A program made the position numbers and the translations under genes. DNA of 64,000 bases, from the NCBI RefSeq assembly GCF_006345805.1, contig NC_042997.1:28892001-28956000 (forward strand). The letters run 5' to 3'. The notes under the pieces were generated by a model. The model was not told where the DNA came from. It was given only the letters and a program-made list of their open reading frames with translations, and made no database searches. This DNA is from Octopus sinensis. Its lineage: Eukaryota. This document shows positions 53,075-64,000 of the stretch, piece by piece (positions within the stretch are counted from its first letter, which is position 1; the number at the start of each line of letters is the position of its first letter).

Positions 53075-53240
53075 GTACGTTCTGAGTTCAATTTCAGCAG
53101 TGGTCGACTTAGCCTTTGATCTATTCGGGGTCGACTAAATAAGTACCAGTTACGCACTGGGGTCGATGTAATCGACTTAATCCCTTTGTCTGTCCTTGAT
53201 TGTCCCCTCAATGTGTAGCACCCTCTGTGCAATAAAGAAA
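53075..53240 (+). mobile_element. Family C SINE body (headless)
   Basis: tacgttctgagttcaa...aagtaccagttacgcactggggtcgatgtaatcgac. Confidence 0.8.
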
Positions 53241-53842
53241 TAAATTATGTACAAACTCATAGTTAAGATATGCAGGATTCGATATTCTTGAGAATACTAT
53301 GCGACAATACTGCTAAAGTAGAAATATATTCCCTGATAGTCAAAAGTATGTGGCAGAGGATGTTTCGATGAATATAGATTTACTCACATAGAGACATACA
53401 TTCACATATACACACACATCCATGTAAATATATATATGAATATTCGTTAGCATCATGGCATACAGACACACCATACAAATAACTATTTATGTACGAACAT
53501 ACACGTACACAAATACATTCATGCACACACATACGCGTGCGCGCACACACATACATGCACCAACAAATGTAAAAAAAACTTTGCTTTTGCTTTTGGAAGC
53601 GACTGAATTGAATCGTATCCTACAAACAAGAAAGGAATAATTTCGAACACAGCTCCATGATATACACAAACTTTCTGCAGTTTTCAGGGCCATACTGCGT
53701 TCTAAATTATTTTTTACTATTATATATATATATAAGTAATGAGGGAGATAAATTAATATTAATTTTAATATCAATTTAAAACCAGTAGTCCAGCATTCAA
53801 AAAATCTGAGAAGTCAGAGAAAATTCTAATTATTCATCATCG

Positions 53843-53873
<31 letters not shown>

Positions 53874-54668
53874 ATATATACGATGATGAATAATGACAGA
53901 CGATGTATAATTATCAGATTATTACAATTGTTTCTTACGCATTCTTAATTTATGAATGAGTACTTCACTGCAAAAACTGTAATCCTCAGATGGAACATAT
54001 AATTTTAAAACAATAGAAGATGTTTCAACATCACAGTGGGAACATGCCATAAGCCAGCCTTCGCTGACCAAGAGAAGGGTGGTAAAACCGAAAAAAGGCG
54101 GCCGCTATGGGCATTAACCCGTGGAATTTCATTAAGAATTTAGTGAATAGGGGTAATACATTTAAGAGGCGGCTACAGTTTAATCGAACATTACATGGTA
54201 CATATCATTTACATACCCGATTCTCTCAAGAATCCTTATTATTATTATTATTATTATTATTGTTAAATACGTGTGTGTGTGTGAGGAAGTCAGATTGCAA
54301 AGGAATAATCGAGTGTCTTAAAGTGTTACTCAGGCATTTAACTATGATTCCAGTGCATGTTACAGCAGAAACCGCTGTAAAATACTGAATTTCATAATAT
54401 ATTTTTTTTATTTCTTTGCCATCTCACTTTTTTTTATTACCGCTCTGTACTGGATTAACGCTTCGTCTTGAAGCCTGCGTACTGAGTTCTATACCTGATT
54501 ATTAGTCTCGTAAAGCCCAAGTGAAATGTGAGTACATATATTCATAAATTCATACATACATAATACATACGTACATATATACATATATATGTTTGTATAT
54601 GCACTGTGTATACGTTATTTTCGTATGGTATATATAAATGCTTATAATTATATACTTTCGGTTATATC

Positions 54669-54720
54669 ATACTGAGGATGGTAAAGTAGTATTACATCTC
54701 AAAGCCGGAAATCGATCTAT
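54669..54720 (+). ncRNA. Candidate minimal hammerhead ribozyme
   Basis: CUGAGGA 54672-54678, tggt/gccg stem, GAAA 54708-54711, palindromic ATCGAT stem III, AUC cleavage triplet, 3 bp stem I. Confidence 0.4.
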
Positions 54721-55099
54721 TGCTAAAATTTTTTCCTTCATTCTCACGCTTTCAGTCCGTACTTTTAGTGCCATTTGGTGTCTTCTTCCCACCATGTGAC
54801 ATTACGCGTTAGTTGCCATTTTTATATGTTTATAATTATACTTATAGAATTAAATATGTTGTACTAATTTCTTCCTAAATGCTTTTACATGCTAGCTATT
54901 TGATAAAATCCTATATAGATTTTCTCCTCGATTATTAGGATAAATATGAATTCACTTAAACCATATTTATTCGCTGCTGAATTGTTTTGGTTGTTCATAA
55001 ATGGCTGAGATGAACGAATACATTTAATTTGTATATAAATGTGAAAATGTGTATATATACTATGGATACATGGTGTTCGTATGATATTCTTTTATTGAT

Positions 55100-55290
55100 T
55101 TAGGTGTTTCAGTTATTTGACTGCAGCCATGCTGGAGCCCCACCTGTAGTCGAACAAACAAGCCCAGGTCTTATTCTTTCTAAGCCTAGTATTTATTCTA
55201 TCTGTGTCTGTTGATGAACCGCTAAGTTACGTGAACGGAAACACACTAGCATCTGTCGTCAAACGATGGCGGGGGGAAACATACACAGGC
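55100..55290 (-). mobile_element. Family B SINE 3' half
   Basis: homologous to 13903-14090. Confidence 0.75.
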
Positions 55291-55326
55291 AGATATACAT
55301 AAACACACGCACATACACACATATAC

Positions 55327-55397
<71 letters not shown>

Positions 55398-55398
<1 letters not shown>

Positions 55399-55674
55399 GT
55401 GGAAATCCGCCGGTTACGACGACGGGGGTTCCAGTTGATCTGAATAACCTGCTCGTGAAATTATTGAAATAAAATTACAACAGAATCAGGAAGAAAATTG
55501 AAAGTAAGTTATGGTGAAATTGTACAGCAGGGGTCGCCAACACACTCTGCTGGATCCTCATCGAGATTTAGGTCTTTTCGCTCAATAGACACCCACAAAG
55601 CCCGGTCTGGGAATCGAAACGGCGATCCTACGATCGTGAGTCCGCTGCCCTAACCACGGGGCCATTGCGCCTCC
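55398..55674 (-). mobile_element. tRNA-derived SINE (family A-related), internally deleted
   Basis: head and tail match 36172-36517. Confidence 0.8.
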
Positions 55675-56566
55675 TAAACACACACACACACACACATACA
55701 CACATATATATGTATGTATGTATATATATTTGCAGAATATCCCCTGATTTCTGGAAGCCGGATAAGCTGTCAGGTATTAAGTATTTTATATACGTTTCAT
55801 ATAAATGCATACTTACATATATTTAAGTGTATGTGTGCACACAATCACACTCACGTGCGAACACATATATACATATTGTTAACTAAATATTAGTGGCATC
55901 AAGATGTGTGTATGACATGATGTAGTAGACTATATGTATTTTATTACTACATATCATTCTCCGGCGTGAGCTGTACACTTATGGCCGATAAAGTTTTAGT
56001 GTTAGCATTCAATTTATAATTTTCTTTGAATGTCAGTAAATTAATCAATCATTTTAGATATTAATACATCCCTTTGGAGTTTATATGCTTGTGGATTCCT
56101 GCTGATAAATGTATTTGTTTATGCTTGGTTTGGCATTGGTGGTAAAATGTCATTTGATATAATGCATTACTACTCCCTGAAATAAACTTACATCTATTTT
56201 ACAATTTTTATGCGTTTCATTCATATAATTTATCAATGTGATTATGTAATGAAAGTTTATTGAGTGAAACTGAATAAATTGATCACAGCAGTAAATACAC
56301 CAATATATTCCAAATTTTCCTTGAAAGGTAGATTTTCCCATGCGCAAATCTAAATAAAACTGAATGTCACAAACAATACGGAAGTCTCATTACATATTAT
56401 TGCAGCACACGTAGCAACAGCAATATTACATAATTGTATAATAATTGTGAAGATTGAATACTGGAGAGATATACTAAGCGACAATTTGAAAATATCCCCG
56501 ACATATTAGGAAACTAGTTAGGTATTTAAATACACTATATGTAGGAAATATGTTTAAGAATATTCC

Positions 56567-56603
<37 letters not shown>

Positions 56604-57579
56604 TGTACATGCCTATGTGTGTTTGTGTTTTGGTATGTATGCTTGAATGTCAGTACGTACATATGTTTGCATTAGATATTATTTAGCATTAGCTGAAAAT
56701 ATTGAAACGAAAATGTATTAATCTCAATCATAATCTAAATTTAAATACGTTACACAAATGCTTAGATAAATTCTGATTGGTCACCGATACTGGTGTATAA
56801 ACACTTTTAGAAGAAATTTCTCATTTATATAATTCAACGTTATTTTATGCATCATGGGAAGATAATAGATTTACCATATTCATAATATTGGGTTAAAATT
56901 TTGGCACAAGGCCAGCAATTTCGGTGGAGTAGATAAGTTGATTACATGGTTTAAATTATCGACCCCTAAAAATTGAAAGGCAAAATCGACTTCCGTGGAG
57001 TTTGAACTCAGAATGTTAAGTTCCATATTCATAATCTTAGACGTCACCCAATGTTGAATTTTTAAGTATTATATGAATTAAAAGGAGGGCTGGAAAGTAT
57101 TCCTTACGAAGTAAAATTCTTGGATACGAACATTCAAGTTTAGAACTTCCTTCAGGAAAACTTCAGCTTAGCCGTCCAAACGAGATTACTGGCAAAGACG
57201 TCCGTGTTTTATCAAATAAAGTTGTATTTAGGTAGAGCAACACAACAGAAATTCAATATATACAACAAAATATGTGTTTTATCTAACTAAGAAATGAACG
57301 AGTATAATCATTATATGTATTGAAATATCTTTACTAGTTTTACTATTTTTCTGTCGAAACTTTTTGAATGGAAGAAATATCAGTTAGGACATATTTGTAG
57401 TAGGAGTTATAATGAGGTAACGTCGAAAGAAGACAGGTGGAGTATATAAGTTCGTAATAATAACATAGATGCAATTTCACATGGGAGATAAAAGGTTGTT
57501 GTATAAAGGACCAGAGCGAGAAGAGGACATATCGATATCAGTGGTGAAGGAAAAATAATAGTGCCACTTAAATACTTAT

Positions 57580-58175
57580 TACTTTACTACCCACAAGGGG
57601 CTAAACACAGAGAGGACAAACAAGGACAGACAGACGGACTAAGTTGATTAGATCGACCCCAGTATGTGAAAACTGGTACTTATTTAATCGACCCCGAAAG
57701 GATGAAAGGCAAAGTCGACCTTAGCGGAATTTGAACTCGGAACGTAACGGCAGACGAAATACCTATTTCTTTATTACCCACAAGGGGCTAAACACAGAGG
57801 GGACAAACAAGGGCATACATACGTATTAAGTCGATTACATCGACCCCAGTGCGTAACTGGTGCTTAATTTATCGACCCCGAAAGGATGAAAAGCAAAGTC
57901 GACCTCGGCGGAATTTGAACTCAGGACGTAACGCAGACGAAATACCTGTTTCTTCATTACCCACAAGGGGCTAAACACAGAGGGGACGAACAAGGACAGA
58001 CACACATATTAAGTCGATTACATAGACCCCAGTGCGTAACTGGTACTTATTTAATCGACCCCAAAAGGATGAAAGGCAAAGTCGACCACGGCGGAATTTG
58101 AACTCGGACTGTAACGGCAGACGAAATACCGCTAAGCATTTTGCCCGACGTGCTAACGTTTCTGCCAGCTCGCCA
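57580..58175 (-). mobile_element. Family C SINE trimer (one head + three bodies)
   Basis: ccacaagggg at 57591, 57778, 57961 (periods 187 and 183). Confidence 0.9.
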
Positions 58176-58450
58176 CTAAAATACTGGGTGCGAAATGCTA
58201 GACCAACAGTTCATCTGTTTTTGAAAGATTTACAGTGAACTACTTACACACCTTCCTAGTTCTCATACACATTTCGATGGCCTGATTTAGCCTACTGTCT
58301 TACATCAATAATATAGATTTAACTTCTAAACGTTACCATAGAAAACCACCAAATATCACTAATCTTGAGAACATTCCTCAACTTGTACAGTTATTCTATT
58401 TATGTCTACGTATAAAAGATTATACATGCATACATACATACATACATATA

Positions 58451-58553
<103 letters not shown>

Positions 58554-59033
58554 AGAGGTGTGTGTGTATAAGTATTTTAGATGAGCATAAATGTGAAATA
58601 TCATTCTATGTGTATAGCTCTCCGTGGCAAAATCCACGTGTATTCAGTGTAGCATAAGACACGGACTCCTGGCTGTGTACACCTTATTAAAACATACATA
58701 CACCCGCACGCACAAGCACAAGCACACACCCACAAAACATACACGCACACACTTATGTATATGTACACATATGTATGTGACTTTATATTTTGACATTAAG
58801 AACTTCGAGCGTTCAACGAAGAAAGAAGGGGGAAGAGTAACACATCAAAAGAACTTCAAGATTATAATTATTTCCGTTACAAAAAATGTCAAATAAATAT
58901 ATTATGGATTATATCATGCAGCCACTTTCTGCAAAGAATGATATAGTTCTCTATATGATTAGCTCTGACAAAAATATTTCAGACACTTCAGACATATATA
59001 TAAGCCTCCTAATAACAAAGCAGAAAAAATAAT

Positions 59034-59124
<91 letters not shown>

Positions 59125-59127
<3 letters not shown>

Positions 59128-59262
59128 ACCGCCTGTGTACCGTTGGTGATTTTTATTCCTCTGTCTTCCCTTCTCTGGATCTTTCCTTTTCCTATGTTTC
59201 TGACGGAGAGCTCCGCTCGAAACGTAAAACCCTCATTCTTCCCTTCCTTCCTGACCGTCCAA
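59125..59262 (+). mobile_element. Penelope-type pseudo-LTR with hammerhead motif (59196-59230)
   Basis: gttt-ctgacgg-a-gagc tcc gctc-gaaac-gta-aaac; abuts (TA)n. Confidence 0.65.
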
Positions 59263-59278
59263 TAATACTATATTAGTT

Positions 59279-59507
59279 TCTTTACTAACCACAAGGGGCT
59301 AAACATAGAGGGGACAAACAAGGACAGACAAACGGATTAAGTCGATTACATCGGCCCCAGTGCGTAACTGGTACTTAATTTATCGACCCCGAAAGGATGA
59401 AAGGCAAAGTCGACCTCGGCGGAATTTGAACTCAGAACGTAGCGACGGGCGAAATACCGCGAAGCACTTCGCTCGGCGTCCAAACGTCTCTGCCAGCTCG
59501 CCGCCTT
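59279..59507 (-). mobile_element. Family C SINE inserted in the pseudo-LTR
   Basis: complete element; taatactatattagtt duplicated at 59263-59278 and 59526-59541. Confidence 0.9.
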
Positions 59508-60052
59508 TTATATACTATATTACTATAATACTATATTAGTTCCACGTATCCTCGCGTTGTTGTGTTTTCTCTTGATGTTTTCATGTTTGGATTAACTATA
59601 TATATATATTTGTGCATCACGTCTACATATTTTAACCTTATCCTGACGTTCCTATTTCATATTACTTGTCATATTAAATCTTAGGAAAAAATGATCATAC
59701 ACCTTAGTATATACCTTCGTTGAAGAGCGAGCATAAAGAGATTAAGATGTTTGGAAATAATTCAAAATTTCGAACGTCAACGATTCATTCTTCTTCAACA
59801 AAAGAGACCTGTAGAAAAATATAGAAATGCAACCCGAGCGGTGACAGTAACAGTTCTGTGTAGTATATTCAGTGTAGCCAATTTTGGAAACTTTTAGATG
59901 GATTAAAGTCATGTCAGAAACACAGACAAAAATAATGACAACTATAGTAAGACTCCAGGACCGCGTGCGTCGAAATCGACGGAAAAGTCTGTAGCATGTA
60001 TGTATGTATGTATGTATCTCTCTCTCTCTCTCTCTCACTCTATCTATCTCTC

Positions 60053-60088
<36 letters not shown>

Positions 60089-60095
60089 TTTGCCC

Positions 60096-60127
<32 letters not shown>

Positions 60128-60473
60128 ATATATAATTATATATATATATTATATATATATTATATATAATATATATTATATATATTATATATATATATAT
60201 AAACGAGAAAGAAGCAACAAGAATGGATTAGTTTTTAGAAAACTAATCCATTCTTGTTGCTTCTTTCTCGTTTATAATCACCCCACATTACTGTATGGTT
60301 AACACCATATAGTTTTCTGGTGCATCTAAGTTAAGTACCGTATTCAAGTAAATTCATTGGAATTGACTTGAATCTTAATTGCTTCTCTCTCTATATATAT
60401 ATAGATAGATATATAGTACGTTTAAATGTTTGTTGTGCAAGATATCTTATGTGAAGTCGTGTGTTGAAACAGA

Positions 60474-60823
60474 TATTGTTATATTTCGGAATGGTCATAT
60501 TGCCAGTTTAGCCAATAAAAACACACGCACTATATATTTGGTGTAATTTTGCTTCAGTGTTATTTATTTTTTACATTAATCTTAATCTAATTTCGGCCAG
60601 AGTTCTTTCGTCACACTCCTGTGACGGCATCAGTGGTCCTTTGTTTTCTTCTTTCTTTTTTGTGTCTCTCCTTACTAACCGTCAGGAGTGTGACGAAAGA
60701 ACTCTGGCCGAAATAAGATTAAGATTAATGTAAAAAATAAATAACACAGGAGCAAAATTACACCAAATATATAGTGCGTGTGTTTTTATTGGCTAAACTG
60801 GTAAGATGACCATTCCGAAATAT

Positions 60824-60830
<7 letters not shown>
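60474..60830. repeat. 148 bp inverted repeat with 61 bp spacer
   Basis: arms 60474-60621 and 60683-60830, 5 mismatches counted. Confidence 0.95.
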
Positions 60831-60869
<39 letters not shown>

Positions 60870-60872
<3 letters not shown>

Positions 60873-61001
60873 AGGAAGGAAGGGAAGAAGGAGGGCTTTA
60901 CATTTCGAGCGGAGTTCTTCGTCAGAAACATAGGAAAAGGAAAGATCCAGAGAAGGGAAGACGGAGGTAAAAAAAATCGCCAACGGTACACAGGCGGTCA
61001 C

Positions 61002-61002
<1 letters not shown>
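60870..61002 (-). mobile_element. Second copy of the hammerhead-bearing pseudo-LTR (motif 60895-60929)
   Basis: reverse complement of 59125-59255; core CUGACGA intact. Confidence 0.7.
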
Positions 61003-61037
<35 letters not shown>

Positions 61038-61499
61038 GTATATATATATGTATATATATATACATATATATATATATTATATATATATATACATACATAT
61101 ATATAGCTGTTGGTCTAGTAAAACTTACATATACCCGGGATATGTACCACTGATTAGGGAAGATATCTAATGTAGCTACTTGGTACAGCAATTCGTGAAA
61201 GATCCATTATGAATTATCTTATTGAAAAAGCAAGAAAGAGAAAAAGGAATCCTACAAATGGATGAAAAGACTGAAAAATATATTTGAGCAGGACCTGCTT
61301 TGTTATATAATCTATATTCTACACGATGGCTTCCAACCAAATATACAATGTACTTGTTATTACACAACTCTTTGGGGATGTTTGGTTAAATATACATAGA
61401 GTATAGATTGAGTTATTAAAATTACCAAACTCAAAGTATTTTTTATATTCTGCCTTTGTATTCCCAATTTATGAATGTTGTGCTAATATACTCTTTACT

Positions 61500-61708
61500 C
61501 TTTTACTCTTTTACTTGTTTCAGTCATTTGACTGCGGCCATGCTGGAGCACCGCCTTTAGTCGAGCAAATCTACCCCGGGACTTATTCCTTGTAAGCCCA
61601 GTACTTGTTCTATCGGTCTCTTTTGCCGAACCGCTAAGTGACGGGGACGTAAACACACCAACATCGGTTGTCAAGCAATGCTAGGGGAGCAAACACAGAT
61701 ACACAAAC

Positions 61709-61739
<31 letters not shown>

Positions 61740-61910
61740 CATATATACGAGAGGCTTCTTTCAGTTTCCGTCTACCAAATCCACTCACAAGGCATTGGTC
61801 GGCCCGGGGCTATAGCAGAAGACACATGCCCAAGATGCCACGCAGTGGGACTGAACCCGGAACCATGTGGTTGGTTAGCAAGCTACTTACCACACAGCCA
61901 CTCCTGCGCC
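61500..61910 (-). mobile_element. Family B CORE-like SINE, full length
   Basis: near-identical to 13903-14297. Confidence 0.85.
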
Positions 61911-62507
61911 TGTAATGTTTCTTCGTGCAAACCACGGAATTACACTGAATATGTGATTTGACTATATAAGTGTAAGAGAATATACATTTTCATAGGACTT
62001 TGTACATTTTCTATTTTCAAAATTTGCAGTATTGACTACGCACCCCCGTCTCTTTTCTGTTTTTCCGTCCTACTTCCAAAAATTGACAGCTTGACAGGTA
62101 ACCTAGCCCTAGTGAGAAAATGTGATTATTTGCAAATATGTTGATAATTATACAAGGAGGAGGGAAAGAGGAGGAAGAGAAAAAAGAAGAAAAAAGAAAT
62201 GCGTTGTAATGAGTTGACCACATCATATTCAAAAGTATCCTCTCACTCACTCTCTCTCTCTTTCTGTCAATATATATATATACACACACAATCATACACC
62301 CCCCCACACACACATATATATATATATATATACATACATGTATGTATAGATACATATATACATATATGTATATATATATATATACATACATGTATGTATA
62401 GATACATATATACATATATATATATATATGTATATATATATATGTATATACATATATATATATATGTATATACATATATATATATATATATATATCTATA
62501 TATATAT

Positions 62508-62556
<49 letters not shown>

Positions 62557-62979
62557 TTCCACAGCCTTTGCGTTACGTTTCTTCCTCTTTCTTGATTGTC
62601 TGAACCTATTCTCTGTCTATTTTCCCTCTCTTTGCTTTTCTTTCTCTCATTCGCACTCTGCCCCTCAAGACAGCAAAAATATTTTCTTGTCTTCTAAGTA
62701 AAGCAAAACACATCCGAATCAAATAAACGAACAAGGGTATGTTCTGTTCTATCATTTTGATTTTGTCTTGTCAAGTTCAATAAATGAACGAAGGTTCTAA
62801 TAAAGAATTATCCAAAATTCTGACTGCCTCCCTTTTCTATATATATATATACAGACGCACACACACATACACACACGCACATATATATGGATGGATGTAC
62901 AGAAAACCGACAATTAATTACGACAACAAGGTTTACACGTGATCCGAGAAGAGCTTGCTCCAAAAATTGACGTGCAAAT

Positions 62980-63200
62980 GACTTCTGAGCACACCAGATA
63001 CACTTGTAACCATAACGTGTAGTTCATAAGAACATACAACGTGACACAGAATGTGACAAGTTTGGCCATTTGAATTAGAGGTTCCAATCATTTTCGCTAA
63101 TTGAGTGATGTGGCGTAACGTGAAATAAGTTTCTTGCTCAGGGAAACAACGCGCCGCTAGTAAGCAAATTTACGATCTTACGAACGTGAGCCGTGTAGCC
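62980..63200 (-). mobile_element. Degenerate family A-related SINE
   Basis: cgtgacacagaatgtgacaag and cttgctcagggaaacaac remnants match 36290-36320 and the family A body. Confidence 0.5.
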
Positions 63201-63300
63201 TAATCAACTATTAAGAACATATATACGTGTGTGTGTGTGTGTGTGTGCGTTCATGTATACACAATAATTGTACAGTTTATTTCATTCCTATTCAAATGAA

Positions 63301-63632
63301 AGCGCATAGCTCAGTGGTAAGAGCGTCGAGCTAACGATCGTGAGGTTGTGAGTTCGAATCCCGGACCGGGCGGCGTGTTGTGTTCTTGAGCAAGATACTG
63401 TATTTCACGTTGCTCCAGTTCACTCAGCCGTAGTAATGAGTTGCAACGTTACAGGTGTCAAGCTGTACCAGCTTTTGCTTTTCCCTTGGATAACACTGGT
63501 GGCGTGGAGAGGGGAGGCCGGTAAGCACGGGCGGCTGCTGGCCTTCCATAAACAACCTTGCCCGGACTTGTGCCTTGGGGGCGTAACTTTCTAGGTGCAT
63601 TCCCATGGTCATTCATAACCGAAGGGGATCCT
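63301..63632 (+). mobile_element. tRNA-derived SINE family A
   Basis: A box tagctcagtgg, B box gagttcgaatcc, body matches 1821-2148. Confidence 0.85.
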
Positions 63633-63684
63633 AGCATTAAAGGCCGAAGCCCCGAAATTTTGAGGGAGGTGATCAGTCGGGTAG

Positions 63685-63765
63685 TTCGACTCCAGTACTT
63701 GACAGGTACTTATCGACCACGAAAGGATGAAAGGCAAGTCGACCTCGGTGGAATTTGAACTCAGG
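63685..63765 (-). mobile_element. Family C SINE fragment
   Basis: gtacttatcgaccacgaaaggatgaaaggcaagtcgacctcgg..aatttgaactcag. Confidence 0.75.
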
Positions 63766-64000
63766 TGTCCGTTTCATTTCACGTAATATTTTTATTAGAT
63801 TTTTTATTTTTCGATATTTCTTTAGTTTTGCCTTAATCCAGTTTGACAAAGCTAAACAACAATTATAGAATATTTTCAAAGTTTACGCAACTTATATATA
63901 ACTTCTAGCAATTATCAAATATATGGCTTTAATTATAAACTTGAAAACGCGTAGAAATATATGTACGTGTATGGTACGGAGAGTGGAACTGCCTTAAAGA

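Noticed and set aside
57580-58175. Regular ~185 bp repeats that could suggest a CRISPR array or satellite
   Set aside because: No unique spacers; units are SINE bodies in a eukaryotic context

Overview
AT-rich, microsatellite-saturated eukaryotic DNA. The SINE families look like those of a coleoid cephalopod, most likely Octopus (inference from recognition, not a database hit). No intact protein-coding gene was recognised; most ORFs in the track are (TA)n/(CA)n artefacts or antisense readings. The window is mainly decayed mobile DNA: three R4/Dong-type LINE relics, one CR1-type LINE, several Penelope-like fragments with minimal hammerhead-ribozyme motifs, a Tc1 transposase relic, three tRNA-derived SINE families (one forming head+n-body multimers), and foldback/MITE structures. 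The most unusual structure is a head-to-tail array at about 22.9-28.3 kb of diverged 1.5-1.8 kb units. Each unit carries only a gag/ORF1-like frame (CCHC zinc knuckle plus a conserved C-terminal block) with no reverse transcriptase, and every junction carries the same TATA-like + TCA(G/A)T motif, an architecture reminiscent of Drosophila HeT-A. Also notable: a tRNA-Ala copy fused to a LINE-type 3' tail (possible SINE birth or chimeric retrocopy), a covarying stem-loop shared by LINE-type and SINE tails, and a ~560 bp inverted repeat enclosing a gag-knuckle fragment.
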